Source: Fistulifera solaris (Eukaryota). From it: a stretch of 64,000 bases of DNA. The notes below the pieces were generated by a model. That model was not told the origin of the DNA, did not search any database, and worked only from the letters and a program-made list of their open reading frames with translations. Shown here piece by piece: positions 23,301-38,856 of this stretch. How positions within the stretch are numbered: the stretch's first letter is position 1; each line of letters starts with the position of its first letter. The translations under genes were made by a program, and so were the position numbers. The DNA lies in contig AP026180.1 of assembly GCA_030295235.1 (NCBI GenBank), positions 1-64,000 on the forward strand, read 5' to 3'.

Positions 23301-26300
23301 ATCAGAGATTAAAGTCCAATTCTGACGAGAACGAAATCAAGATTGTTGACTTGAACAAAAGATTGACGGATGCCAAAATATCTGCGGAAGAGACTTTGAA
23401 GGCTTTGGAGAGCACCTTTGAAAGCAAGCTCGAGTCGCAGAATCGATATATTGACGCGTTAAAACTGGAGCTTACAGAAACTGCTGCTAGTCTTAGGTCT
23501 GCTCAAGAAATGCTCCATGAAAGCGAGAAAACGGTTGCCGAACGGGACCTTATTGTGGAAGATCTTTTGGAACAGCTCTCGGAGCAAGAACGCCAAGCAG
23601 CCGAAGCCCTGCAATCGGTCAGAAACGAGTTCGAAAGTCAAGCCATAGAAGCACTACACATGGCGAAGGCTAACTTCTGCACACTATTGCAAGAGTTTGT
23701 AGCCCATAGCGAACTTGAGGTCAAACAGCTCCGTGAAGAATACGAAGAGCAAATCTCAAGTGTTCAATCACGCCTCGACAAAATTACTGACGATAGTGAA
23801 GGAAAGGTTGAAGAGAGCAAGTCACTGATCGAGCGCCTTAATGCACAGCTTTCTGACGCCGAGGGAAAGCTAAAATCTGTTTTCGAGAGACACGAGCAAG
23901 AGATGGAGCTATCCCGGAAACAATACGAAGATTCAAAGACTGCCTTTCAACAAGAACTTGATAAACTAACAGCGAACTACGACAAAGAGATATTGCAGAA
24001 GAACAATGAGATTGAGCGACTTTCGCAAGTAAACGCAGAAGAGCGGAATCAACTGGAAAGTCGCATCCGTCAACTAGTGACGGAGGCCGAGAAAAAACGA
24101 AGAAAGAATTCATTCAAGCACATCGGACTTCAAAAATCAGCTGCAATCTCTAAAAGGCAACCTAGACGAGAAGACGATGAAACTTAATGAGGCCAGCGCC
24201 GAGCACCTAGAAGAAGTTACGAAGTACAAAGCAGAGATCGAGTTCCTCAAAAGCAATAATATCGCACAGCAGGAGAAATTCCTAAGCGAGCTGAAAGTGC
24301 AGGAAAACGAAGCGGACTCCTTGAGGTCTGAATTGATACGGACAAAAGCTGAGAGCGACCTTACAATTTCGAGACTTGCGGAGCAAGCGGACTCGACAAA
24401 ACGTGAGCTAAAAGAAGCCATCGAAGAACAAGAGAGAGAAATGCTACTCCAGAAAGAAAAGATTGCGTACTTGGAATCAAACGGCGTCGATGAGAAGAAA
24501 GATTTACTATCAAAGCTACAGGAGATCGAAAGCTCGAAGAATGAGTTGATCAAGAGACTAGAGTCGGAGCTTAGTGAGCTTAAAGCCACCAGTACAACAC
24601 GAATAGAGTCGTTGGAAGCGCACATAGCCAAAATAAATTCCCAGCATGAAGCACAAATCGCAAGCCTTGAAGAGGAAAAAGCAAAACAGCTTTCGCTTAT
24701 TATGCAATCATTAGAAAACAAGGAAAAGGAAATCAGCGCAAAGAACAGCGAAGCATCGGCACTTCTAGTCGAAAAATGTGCTTTACAAGCTCAAGTCGAC
24801 GAATCGGCTGAGAGACTTCAAGAAAAGGAGGCTACTATTCAAGATCTCAAGTCTCAGCTGTCCAAAAGTCAGGACCAGTTGGACGCCAAGGTCGCATCTG
24901 TCTCTGAAACAATAGTCTTACTGAATGCTGAACATGAAAACGATGTTGACAAGCTCTGTGTTTCTCACAGGACGGAAGTGTCTATGCTTGAAGCAAAGTT
25001 GGTCGAACGCAATATGATGATTGAGTGCTTAGAAAAAGATATGGAAGCGCAAATGCGGCAACTTATGGTCACAACGACGAGATTGGAGGAATTACAGGGC
25101 GACGGTGAACTGGTGGAGGGGCTAACTGCCGATATCGAAGCTCTCGAACTCGAACGTGCAGCCCTAATGGAAGATCTTCACGAAAAAGATATGAATATCG
25201 CCGAGTTATCTGCTGAAATATTGAAACTTGAGATTGAGAAAGAAATTATTGCTCAGGACTCGGTAGAAGCGAAGAAAGCGAATGCGAAACTATTGGCTCA
25301 AGAAAAGCAACATGCGTCTCAGCTCAAAGAAGTATTAGAATCCAGTGCCCGCGAGCAGCAGAAGTATTCAGCTGTAGTGGCTTCATTGCAAGAAGATTTG
25401 CAGCAAAAGGAGACCACATTGCGAGTTTACAGGAGTCACTCAGACGAGCAGAATTGTCTCTCGAAAAAGCTTCCGACAACGCGAAACTCTCTGACCAAGT
25501 CCTTAATGAAAAAGACAAGATAATTGGCGAGCTTCGTTCAGAGGTATCGAGGCAGATGATAGAGAATCGCGGATTGGCCTCCAAGCTTGCTGTCAAGGAA
25601 GACGAAATTCGCGATCTCGAAGTGGTGGAGATGTACGACAAGAATGAAAAGATTCGCCTTCTCCAAAACAATGTCGACAACCTGAGCGCCCAACTAGAGT
25701 TCAAATCAGAGCAGTTTAACATAAAAACGTCAGAGCTCGAGAACGAATCAGCGGAATTAAGAAAGAAGCTTGCTCAAATGTGTAAACAGGCGACGGACCA
25801 ACGGGATACAATGCAACGCGAGATCGACACCTTACAGAAGCAGTGCGAAAGCGCAAAGCGTGAATCTGAATTTGCCAAAATCAAATTAGAGGAGACCGAG
25901 CGTAAACTAAAGGACGCCAAGCACGAGTCGGGGTCCTTTTCGACAAAAATCCACGACTTGGAAGTGGCGTGCAAAGAACTGCAAGACAACTGTCGTGAGT
26001 TGCAGCTCACTCAGGAAGAAGTGAACAACGAGCGCAACGAGCTCACACTACGACTGGAAAAGGAGATGGGACTGGTGCGTGAACACGAAGACATCCGATG
26101 GGATCTGGAACGACGTTGTGAAGATTTGAAGCGGGAACTGGAGGCGCGCGACGAGAACTCGTTAGAACTCACTAAGAAAATTGAGGGTTTGGAGAGTTCC
26201 ATGAATGAGAGGATTTTGCTCAATGAAGAATTAAGTCGTCACAACAAGGAACTGGAATCCTTTCTTCAAACGCAGAACCAGGCCGTTGACCAAGTACGGG

Positions 26301-26767
26301 CAGAAGTGGACTCACTAAGAATCAAACTTCAAGCTCGTGATGATCAAGTCAAAGAACTCAAAGCGGAGAAAACCAACCAAGAGCAAATTTTATTGGACGA
26401 ACTTGAAACGGAACGCCAGAATTTGCAAATGGTTACCAGCGAACTCGAAGTGACACAACAAAAACTCGGAGTACTGCTCCGTGAAAACAAAGACATTGTC
26501 GAGTTAGAAAAAGAGAGAGAAGCTCTGCAAGACAAGGTCCGCCGACAAGAAGCTTACTTGAAACGAAAACTAGACAAGGAAAAGATGGGAAGAGCCACGG
26601 CTCGACCAAGCGGCTTGCAGGGATCACCAACGAGGCGATTGACGAATCCTAGCAAGCGCCAGTCGACGCCTATCTCACCTGAGTTAAAGACTCTGCCCAC
26701 CCAGTCTACGACGTCTACGGGGGGATCCAAACTAGACTGGGAACTGGATTGTTTGTTGGCGGATTAA
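20323..26767 (+). CDS. Very large coiled-coil protein (about 2100 aa) with a disordered N-terminus; broken by several frameshifts
   Basis: Overlapping consecutive ORFs from 20047 to 26767; E/K/L/Q-rich heptad pattern from about 22600; no enzymatic motif seen. Confidence 0.7.
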
Positions 26768-26828
26768 TAATTATTATTATGAAATAAACTGTATTGTAAA
26801 GTGAATGTTGGAAAATCTTGTAGCTGTG

Positions 26829-27638
26829 TTAGGACAAAATACCCGATGCACTGATAGAAAAGGAATCTGCGACGCCTGGACTGTCGCTAGGTATTCATGA
26901 CCGCCCGTCACCGCATTTCGCTGCAGCCGCACGCGCTGTGTAATGAAACGATCCCATTCCAAGTTCCGCGGACTGGAGGATGCCGTCACCAGTACCACCG
27001 AACATTGTTCGAGCAGGCGAGACAATTGTCGGACGATTTCCGTGCGCACTACATCCTCGTCGTCCTCTAAAAAACCGTCCCACAAGATCAATGTGGGATG
27101 CGAATCGAACGCGGCCAACTGATGACGCCAACACTCGAGCAGAGGCACCCAGTCGGTCGCCGCCCGCGCCAAATGAATGCGTTCACAACAATCTTGCAGA
27201 TCTTGATTGAAAAGTTGTTCGTCATGGGCATCGGCCATGGCCGTTTGGATGTGACGCAGTAGCGTGGATCGGACGACGTGGGCTAGTTTGGAAGCCGTCA
27301 CTTGTTGGTGAGAATCCAGCCACAAGACTTGCGGAAGAATATCCGTAGTCGTGGTGGTGAATTGGGAGGGCCGCGTTTGCACGACAAAGCGTGCCGCCAG
27401 TGATAGTAGGGTCCACGTTTTCGCGACATCTCCCGTCAAATGAATCACCGGAAGTGTCGGAGTGTGTCGACGAAAGGCCGCGTCCATGAAGGATATTCCG
27501 GATCCGGAACGAAAGAACGACCACGCGGAAGACGAAGGATCTTTGGGGATTTCCTCTCTCTTTCGTTTCGATCGTTGAAACCAATCGTACGCTGTTTCGG
27601 TCCACGAAGTGGGGTGGGGCGACCTGAGTCGTCGTCAT
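26829..27638 (-). CDS. RAD51-paralogue, XRCC2-like; frameshifted
   Basis: DETA-type N-terminus, degenerate Walker A (IHLTGDVAKT), VLWLDS, a Walker-B-like LILWDG, and a C-terminal ISASGILS after frame correction. Confidence 0.6.
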
Positions 27639-27983
27639 TGTGAATCAAGTTAGAACAGTGCGCCGTAAAATAATACAATTAATGAAAAGCGCCGAGAGAA
27701 TATATGAATGAAACAAACTAAAGAATGACGGAAATAAAGCATCATGCCAACGTTGCATTTTTGGCGGGAGACGAAAACGATGTGTATACTAGTATGGCGA
27801 ATACTGTAGTCGGCTGCGTACATCAATAAAATTCCTACGAGGCCAACGAGAAACACTCGTAGACTTTCGATGCCTTGCATCATTCCTCATTAGTTAGCTT
27901 TAAGTCAAGTTAATGTCGATTATTGTTTATTAAAAAGTAAAAGATGGCTTGACTACGTTGATGATAAGCTGACAGTCACTTTT

Positions 27984-28321
27984 AATTTCGCGCAATTTTG
28001 ATTTTTCCAGCCAATGTCTTCGAGTCCTGACCTTCATGTTTTTACTATGATCTAAACAGTTTGTTGTACCAATCCACGACTGGATTTCGTCATGTGACTC
28101 CATCAAGCCTTTTGTACATGCAGCCTGCAGCGCGAATTTTTCGTCTTTTTCGCGTTTGACGATAGTCTCTTACAATAGTTAATCCAAAGCTAGTTATGCT
28201 TTCACCTTGAAATTCCGCGCCATTGCGATTTCAGCCGGCAATGTCTTCGCGTCCTGATCTTCATGTTTTTACTATGATCCAAACAGTTAGTTCTACCAAT
28301 CCACGACTGGATTTCGTCATG
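27984..28321. repeat. Imperfect direct repeat, about 110 bp x2 (27984-28094, 28211-28321)
   Basis: Shared CAATGTCTTCG.GTCCTGA.CTTCATGTTTTTACTATGATC.AAACAGTT.GTT.TACCAATCCACGACTGGATTTCGTCATG; offset 227. Confidence 0.92.
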
Positions 28322-29332
28322 AGAATAAAATAAAATTGAGAGTTTAGCGTACTTATTTCCTATCCCTATGACAGAACCGTAACACAATCCGTCCCTAGAC
28401 AATGTCTAGATGCGGATTGCCAAGACATTACTGAGGCAATGAGCATGGGGGCTGCCATCTGATTCGGAGTGAAATTTGTGGCCTAGTCCGTCGGCCGAAT
28501 AATTAGTTTGGGTTCGCGTTAAGCGCCGATTCTGGTGAAAATATGATTGCTTGTGTGGTATTTGATTGCTCTGGGTTCAAATTGATTCGTCCTTGCTGTT
28601 GTTGTGCTGTGATTGTCGATGCTGGTAAGTTGGGTTCTGGGGGTGTGAAGTTTCCACATCATAAGAATCATGAATTTTTATGATTGATGACTTTTTAGTC
28701 GTTACTAGCTAGTTACTAGGAGACTCTTTACCAGGGACCCTTTGAAGCAACGGCGCCACTCTAGCGCTGAATAATAATTCCACAATGGTTATCACTTTTC
28801 CGCCGTCACATAGTCTAGAGGCGTCAGCAACCGTATTGTGGTTTTGACGACTGACTCGTGATTGATTCGTTCGTTCGTATAGAAGAGCCTCAACCGGCCT
28901 TTCTTGTAGTATCCTCGAAACTGTAGAGAGGGTGGTCGCGTGTTCGCCGCACGCGTATTTTCCGTTGAACCGTTGCGTGTGCGTCTGACGTCGAGCGTCG
29001 AAGGTCGAAGATCGAAACAAGCACGAACGCAATGAGAGGCAAAAGATGCGGTCAACGACGATGCAGATCTGAAATCGACAACAAGAGTGAGCACAACGCC
29101 ATTGAAATCTTTATTCATCAGAATTTTACAACGTTGCTTGCAATCTACGCTTGTGTAGATTTAAGAAGCGGATATTTGTAGAGCAAAATTTGCGATTTGC
29201 AATCAACCTTGATTACTGAAACGATAAAAGCATCGGCACTCCTCGTGAAAGATTTAGGTTGCGTCCCTATCATCGTCAATATAAATTTGCTTTGTTTTAA
29301 ACTGAAGCTTTCTTATTGTGTGAACGACAATT

Positions 29333-31278
29333 ATGGCAAATCCTTTTGAACAGTTTGCTATGCCGACGGCCCCGCCGTCTGCGGAACCCATGTACGCAGC
29401 ACCGCAACCACCGATGAATGGCTACGGAGCACCGCCGCCGCAGCCATACGGCGCCCGCAATACGATGCTCAGTATGCTGCACCCCCTCAACAACCCTACG
29501 GAGCGCCTCCGCAACCCTACGGAGCGCCTCCGCAACCTTACGGAGCACCGCCTCCGCCGCAACCTTCTTACGGAGCACCCTACGGACAGCCGCCCACGTA
29601 TGAGCAACAACAACCACCTCCGACCTATGAGCAGCCACCCGCCGCGTACGGGCAACCACCACCTCCGGAGCAGCCTGCGTATGATACCGGGAACCCTTTT
29701 GGTGCTCCTCCGGCCGCCGCTCCTCCCGTTGCTGCTCCTCCGGCACCGACACCCCCGGTTTATGATGCTCCTCCGGCAGCAGAACCCACAAATCCCTTTG
29801 CCCAGCCACCACCACCACAAGCAGATGCTGCGGGTAATCCGTTTGGTGCCCCCGAAAGTCAACCTCCTGCTCCAGCAGACCCGTGGGGTGCCGCACCTCA
29901 ACAGCCGCCGCAACAGCCACCGGCACCGTATCAGCAACCCCCTTACGGGGCTCCGCAACAGCCGTACGGTGCGCCTCCCCCACAGCCGCACAGTGCGCCT
30001 CCTCCACCGTACGGGGCTCCTTCGTATGCCGAAACACCTGATGCTTTCATGGGTGCTTTGGTTCCAGCGCAGCAGCAATCGAACCCTTATGCCGTCAATC
30101 CGTACGGTCAACAACCTCCCGCTTATGGAGCACCGGCGTATGGAGCACCACCCCAGAACCCGTACGGATATCCTCCTCAGCAGCCATACGGTCAACCCGC
30201 TCCGCCGCCGCCGGCAGTCGATCCTTTCTCGGTCTTTGAAAGTCAGGCACTCGTTCCGGCGGCCCCACCTGCGGCGTATCCGGGTGCACCGCCGGTCGTG
30301 GCGGCTCCGGCGCCCGCGAGCGGCAGTGATGACGACTTTTGGGGAGGCTTTGGAGGAAATGCGGCTGCTCCGCCAGCGGCTTCCGAAGCGCCATCAGTGG
30401 CCCAAACGGGAGAAGATGGCTTGCCACCCGGCGGAGAGTGGTACGATGCCAAAATCTTCACTCCCACTTTAGGTGTCATGTTTTTCAAGCCCCAGGAACT
30501 GACCGACTCGTTATTCTTGAATACGGACAAGGCCATTGTCGATGCTTTGGGGGAACGACCCGTGGTGGCATTCATTGTGGAAGGATCGTCGGCACGAGCT
30601 GCGGGAGTCGAATTGGGCCATGTTTTGTTGAAGGTGAACGGTGTGGACGTGAAAAACCCCAAAGATGCTTCGCGATTGATCAAAGAGGGTCCTCGACCAC
30701 TTCCTTTGCTGTTTTACGTTCCCAATACCGATGTCGTCGTGGCCGAAGGAGAACATATGGTCAAATACGATACACGAGACACCATTGCACCCAACAGTGC
30801 TAAAGAATGGAAGCCGAAATACGTGGTGATTGGCGGTATCATTGCGCAACCGTGGATGATGAACATGTATCGTTCCAAAGTAAGTTGTTTTACAATGAAA
30901 AGAGTGCTCTTTGCATGAGAAATTTTAGTCAACTTACTGTATTGTTTTGTCGTCCAACAGTCGGAATATGATATCGCAGTTATTGAGACACAAGCTCGTC
31001 GACCTGTATCCGTGAAAGTAAAACAATTTTCGTTGCAAGGAGCTCGCATTCAAAATGATTGGCAGGGTCCCCAAATGGTCAAGTACAAGAATAAATTACA
31101 ACCATGGAAATACATTGTTGTACTTCCCGTGGCGCGCAACCCAATCAAGATCTCTTCACCAAATCTTTCGCAGCTCAAGCCCGTTCATGAAGGCATTCGG
31201 CGCGTCTTGTTGGCGCAACAACGCAGTCGAGGGGATCGCGACGACCACGACCGTCAACAAGAACCGCACAGGTACTAA
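29333..31278 (+). CDS. Pro/Gln/Tyr-rich protein with NPF/DPW motifs, a PDZ domain and a PH-like domain
   Basis: (PPQPYGA)n low-complexity region; PDZ-like TLGVMF..VVAFIVEGSSARAAGVELGHVLLKVNG; EGEHMVK..WKPKYVV; intron ~30880-30960; frameshift near 29455. Confidence 0.7.
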
Positions 31279-32148
31279 ATCATTGGGTTGTTGCAGAGCT
31301 ATACATCCGAACGTTGGGCATTTGTTAGTTACAGTTAAGGTCAAACTGTTATTATTTTTAAAAGATTGATCTCGTAGTCTCAACTTGAATCATCTTTCAT
31401 GTTGCCTATCGACAAGCTTCGTACGATGGATCTATCGTGACCCAGGACCAAGATCCAGTCGTGGAGAGATTTTTCAACACTTGTGTTTATAGTGAATTCA
31501 GAGTTGCATCGTTTTGAGGGCTCTTCGACGTCAAACGAGCTAAGGAATGCATTGAAATGTTGCTTACAATACAGAGCGACCTTTCTCAAATGCAATTATA
31601 TTATAAATAGTGTTCCGTTGTATCTGTAATGCTCGAGCGAAAGACTAATCTGAAAGTTCATGTCTTGGATTGCTACCATCGTGACGCTGCATTTTTATCA
31701 ATTTGGGCCAGAGTTTCAACATTTTGCAATGCCATGATATAAGGTACAAGTATTTGAATTTATTGTTGCTGATGCTTTTGGTGGAATGCAATAAAAACTA
31801 CTCCGTAGGAATTACAAGTACGTCAATGTTAATGCCGCGTTTCAGAAAATCACACGGATTTTGTTATAGTGTATAAAGTATTGACTGAACTGTGATTCAG
31901 TCCCGGAATCCGGCTACTCTTTTTTCTTGCCGCGTGGCATTTGGTGCCACTCATGACTGAAATGCAGTCGTGAAAAAAGTAATTCGATTTTGACTGTAGG
32001 CTTGGCTGTGGGCACCGCTCGAGGGGTGCGACGCTCGATGAAGTTCGTTCCATTGCAATAACATCTCGTTGCGGTCCCTTCATTTCATTGATACTATCCT
32101 TTCATTCCTTCATTCTTATCCCTTTTCCATCCACCTACACAATACGAT

Positions 32149-34229
32149 ATGCGCGCTGCAATACACATCATCGTTATTGTCGCCTGGCAGGCCATTCTCG
32201 TCACGTCATGGATACCCACAAGAATGCAGCATCGACCGACGACGATCCTTTTCACGTCCAAGGAGGATCGCATGGGATTGAATGAATTGCATACCCTGTT
32301 GCGAGACGCCGTTTTACGAGAAGATTATATAGAAGCGGGGCGATTGTCGGATACGATGCTCGAACGATTGCACGGTTCTACGCTCGACCAAGAAGAACGC
32401 AAAGCACTTCGACGACGCATGTCGTGGCGAGGACTCGGTGCCGCGCCGTGGCTCAGTGAACGATTGGATGCCTTGAATTATACCTTCCCGACGACGATAC
32501 AAATCAATGCTATGGAAGGAGTGAATGCCATACTCAATAGTACGGCCGAAGAATTAGACGAATCGTCGTTGGAAGCGCGGATCGATCGGAATGGGGCGGA
32601 TCACGATATGGGAATTGTGGTCACGGGAACCACGGGGTCGGGGAAGACACTCTCGTATTTGGTTCCGCTGCTGAGTACATTGAGTGATTCGTTATTTGCA
32701 CGACAACGAATTCGAGTGGGAGCGGAAGAAATGGTGGGAGACACGACGGGTGACTTACTCGATCGATTGGCGGTCGTCACTTCACCCGTCGTGCGGTCCA
32801 ACAGTCGCAAACAAACACGACAAAAAGGAGCCATTGCTGCGGGAGCATCGATTTCGACGTTAGGAAAAAGCGGAAAGGATGTCAGGAGTCCACTGGCGCT
32901 CATTGTTGTCCCGACCCGGGAATTGGGGGTGCAGACCGCCATGCTGCTTTATCAACTCATCGGGGGAGTTATTAAGGATGATCCCACGCAAAGTTCCGGA
33001 CGGGCCAACATGTTCAAGTATAAAGGTCCCAAGGGAATTCGAATTGGTTGTGTATTGGATGACGAAGAATCGTCCTTTGGCTTGAAGTTGCAGACCGATG
33101 TCGCTATTACTACCCCAAAATACTTGGGAAAACTGTTAGAGGATGGCGATATTCTTCCATCCAAGTTGAGAGTCGTTGTGTACGACGAAGCGGACTTGGC
33201 TCTCGAAGAAACGGATGCCGGCGACTTGAGTAAACTGTTTGACGATGATCCCGAAGAGCGCGAATACAGTCGTTTGGTATTTTTGGTCGGTGCCAGCGTC
33301 ACGGAATCGTTAGGGAACTTAGCCGTCAGTTCTCGTGTACTGCCAAAGGGGAAGAGCTGGATTGCGTCTGCCACAGATTATCGACCTCTCGAGTCGCAAG
33401 AAAGCGAAACCTTATCGCGATTGGTGGGGAAACAAACCGCATCCTTGAAAGACCTCAATCTGTGTCTTTATCCCGGATTGAAGCACGAACGTGTGATACT
33501 CAAAAACGGCCGTGGCTTGCTGGTTCTCGCACGTCTTTTGCGCAAAGCACTCTATGACTACGAACAATCGGTGGCATCACCCTCACCCGGGATGGCACTG
33601 CAACGGCCTCGAGTGGTCGTCTTCTTTCCCGACGAAGCTCAAGCGCGAGCGGCCATTGAACCACTCCGCGATGCCATGTGGGGAGATCATCGCCTCTGTG
33701 TACTTCTTCCTAAATCCGGTGTCAACCCATTGACCATAATGGAGCAGTTCAAAAGAACGAGACATCGGTGATGCTGGCGACGCCCAACTCGGTTCGTGGC
33801 TTGGACTTTCCCGCATTGACGCACGTGTATACGTTGTATTTGCCCATGGAAGACCCCCGTGAATACGTCCATTTGGCGGGCCGCGTGGGCCGTGTGGGAC
33901 AACTTGGAACCGTTCAGGGAGACGGTGGTCACGTTATTTCCATACTGAAAGAAGAAGACGCCAATCAAATGGATGTATTAGCCAAGGAACTCGGGTTTGA
34001 TTTTACGGATGTGGATGCAAGTTCCGTGGAAGATATTGTTATTTTGAATGCAGAAGGAAAAGTAGACGAAACAATGTTTGACTTGGAAAAGACGAGACGA
34101 TTTTTAGAAGATACGCTGAACCTAGTGGAAGAAGCAGAAGATCCGGTTGTTGATGTCGATGCGATTGATGCCGCCCGATCACAATATGTTTACGACGACG
34201 AAGATGATGACGAAGAAGAGGACGAATGA
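32149..34229 (+). CDS. DEAD-box-like helicase with an N-terminal UVR-type motif, predicted plastid-targeted
   Basis: PTTIQ Q-motif, TGSGKT, PTREL, DEAD, RGLDF and YVHLAGRVGR; signal peptide ending S-W; frameshift near 33755. Confidence 0.85.
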
Positions 34230-34284
34230 AAAAGGTTTTCCTGTATTTAGTATGCTAATAGTTATATAGTATCTTTTCCCACCT

Positions 34285-35922
<1,638 letters not shown>

Positions 35923-36285
35923 TTTGCAGAAGGAGAGTTATTCTGATTAGTTGTTTGAGAAAAAGGAAATGGAGCTTTCAAGGATGTATGAAGTGTTGTA
36001 TGTTTGCTCGATCAACACCGCATCGCATTTGTCTTTTGCGTGCGGTGCGCCTTTCGTGAGGGAGGGAAAAGGTCGCGCGTTCCTTCGGTACTGTTTTCGT
36101 GATTCTAATATCCAACGGAAACGCCGGCATGGCCTTATAAGACAAAAGATACCGCCAACGAATAAGTTCGAGTCACGAACCAAACAAGATTCAATGAGCA
36201 TCAACAAAAACACGAAGACGAGCGAGCCTCTTTTTGTATAATTTTCTCTCATTCATTCTCATTTCTTTCCCATCCATTATCAACC

Positions 36286-37424
36286 ATGTTCGCTTCCTTC
36301 ACTTGTCATCATGTTTTCTCTACAACATCATCCAAACGAACGCTCGCTACGAAAATATCGGCTTTATCGTTAACATCCAAAAAACGCCACGGCCACAAAA
36401 TCACCATGGTCACCGCGTACGATTATCCGTCGGCGATGCACGTGGCCCGGGCCGGCATAGATATTGTGTTGGTGGGAGATTCCTTGGCGATGGTCGAATT
36501 GGGACACATCACGACACAACCCATTACTTTGGACGCCATGTTGCACCATTGTCAAGCCGTCCGTCGGGGCGTTCAGCAAGCGCAGGTCCAAGAAGAACCC
36601 CTCTTGGTGGGAGATATGCCATTTGCCTCGTACGAATATGAAGATACCGATGTTGCATTACGGAATGCGTATCGTTTTATACAAGAAGCGGGAATGGATG
36701 CCGTCAAATTGGAGGTGAGTGAGTGAGTGTGTGTTTTGCAGGAGATGGAGAAGGTATGGCACGCTACACGTCTGACACACTCGTTACCAAGGGAGGCAGT
36801 GTAGCACGCGCACGGACGGCCCGCAAACTCGTGGAAGGAGGTGTCGCGGTGATGGGACACGTCGGATTGACACCGCAAGCCATCAGTGTCTTGGGTGGAT
36901 TCCGGGCCCAAGGGCGGACGGCCGTACGTGCTCGTGCCATCTTGGACGATGCCTTGCGACTCCAAGATGCCGGATGCTTTGCCATCGTCCTCGAATGTGT
37001 GCCATCCAATGTCGCGGCCGCCATTACGGAATCGTTGGAAATTCCCACCATCGGGATTGGTGCCGGGGGTCACACGTCGGGACAAGTGTTGGTCTTTCAC
37101 GATATGCTTGGCATGACCAGTCATCCACATCATGAACAATTTGTTCCCAAATTCTGTAAGCGGTACGCCCAATTGGGACATATCATTCAAGAGGGATTGC
37201 AAGAATTCAAACGCGATGTCGAGTCGGGGGCGTTTCCGAGTGACGAATATGCACCCTACCAGATGAAAGAGAATGAGCGACGGGATTTTGAAGCCTTGTT
37301 GGCGCAAGATCAAGAAGAACGTGAAACACAACATTTGGCGGCAGCAGAGAAGTACATTCAAACGGACGAATACGAAAAGCTGCATTTGTATGGAGGAGAT
37401 GAAGCTACGGAGAAGAAATCATAA
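36286..37424 (+). CDS. panB: 3-methyl-2-oxobutanoate hydroxymethyltransferase, probable mitochondrial presequence
   Basis: MVTAYDYPSA, LVGDSLAM, GDMPF, AVKLE/GG (intron ~36715-36791), GHVGLTPQ and GQVLVFHDMLG. Confidence 0.96.
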
Positions 37425-37694
37425 ATATATACATCGACGCACAAATCCGAGTGCAAAGACTAACGAGTGTTCGACATAATTTAGTGCTTGCATATACTAT
37501 CATAGAAGAGCTTCAAGAACACTTCTGTCGCTCGCTATAGGAAATCCATTCATCCATCATTTCCTTTTGTTAAAATACTTCCTTCCATCCTTCTTCCTCT
37601 ATAACAACCCTCCATCAAACTCCACCACCAGATGTATACCTATCAAGCAAAACCATCCTTAGATACACATCATCATTCTCTCAGTACTACTCAT

Positions 37695-38392
37695 TTACGA
37701 GGACGAGTTATCCTTCTTGTACGCAATGACCTGCTCAATGCCGACGGCCGACTGGACGGTGACCATGACCTGGCTTTCACCCCCATTCCAAGCATTTCGG
37801 ATTTCGTCGGCCATGCCTTCGGGGAAAGTGGGAAGATTGAGATCCGTCTTCTGGTTTCCGGCTTCATCCATCAATGTCATTTCACCTTCTTCACCAATAT
37901 CAATGAGCTCCCATTCGCTCTTGTTGACAATGGGGACGGTCGTGCCGTGCGAGGAAGGAATCATGTCTTCGTACTTCTTTCCCGTGAAAATGTCGGTGGC
38001 GGTGAAGTTGCACTTGGCGTGTCCGTGTTTTCCCGTCTTGGAGACGGAGATGTTGAGGACTTTGCAGGGGAAACCCTTGATCATCATGTATCTACAGCAA
38101 GAGAGTGTGTGAGATTGAGAGAGTGAGAGATTTGAGGGGAAAGTTGTGCGCGACGGTTCAGAAATGTCATAAACTAGAAATGTTGCAATAAAACTGTATT
38201 CTCTACGCATGCAAGTAACACAAAATAATATCTTGTTTCACATGAAACAAGCATCGTTGTTTCACAAGAAACAACCGGCGGCAGCAGCGCCTTCCTTACG
38301 TACCCTCCCTTCTTGATTTGTCCCGCTTCCATGGGAATGGTAGCGGAAGCACCGGCATCGGCCGACTCAATGTGATAATCGTCGTCAGACAT
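37695..38392 (-). CDS. eIF5A: Eukaryotic translation initiation factor 5A
   Basis: DAGASATIPM and the hypusine motif SKTGKHGHAK; intron ~38093-38303. Confidence 0.97.
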
Positions 38393-38856
38393 GGTTAGCA
38401 ACAAGATAAAGTCAAACGACGACGAAGGTGAATCAAATGAAATGAATAATAGTAAGAAATAATGGATGAACGGTCACCCCACCCCACCGCAACGGAATCG
38501 CAGACGAGAGAGTGTGTGGAGGAGAGAAATCCTCCAATCCAAAATTCCTGTTATACTGTGGTTTAAAGTGTAGTCACGCATTGGAGTCACGGTCTGTCGG
38601 TCTCTCGGGCGCAGGACCTGCCAACCAACCATTGCGGATGATAACTCGTGACTTCAGGATAGAGTCTTGGGACTGCGAGTGCCACGTATCAGCAGCGTCT
38701 GTCTGTTGTTGCGAGCAAACGTTGTCAAACCGTCAAAGTGGATAAAAGCGGCGACGACGAGACACGAGACAACAAAGAGCAACAACAAGAACAATCGTAA
38801 ATATCGAAACAAAAAAATACCTGATAGAACAAATCAACTAAAAACTTTACTTAACA

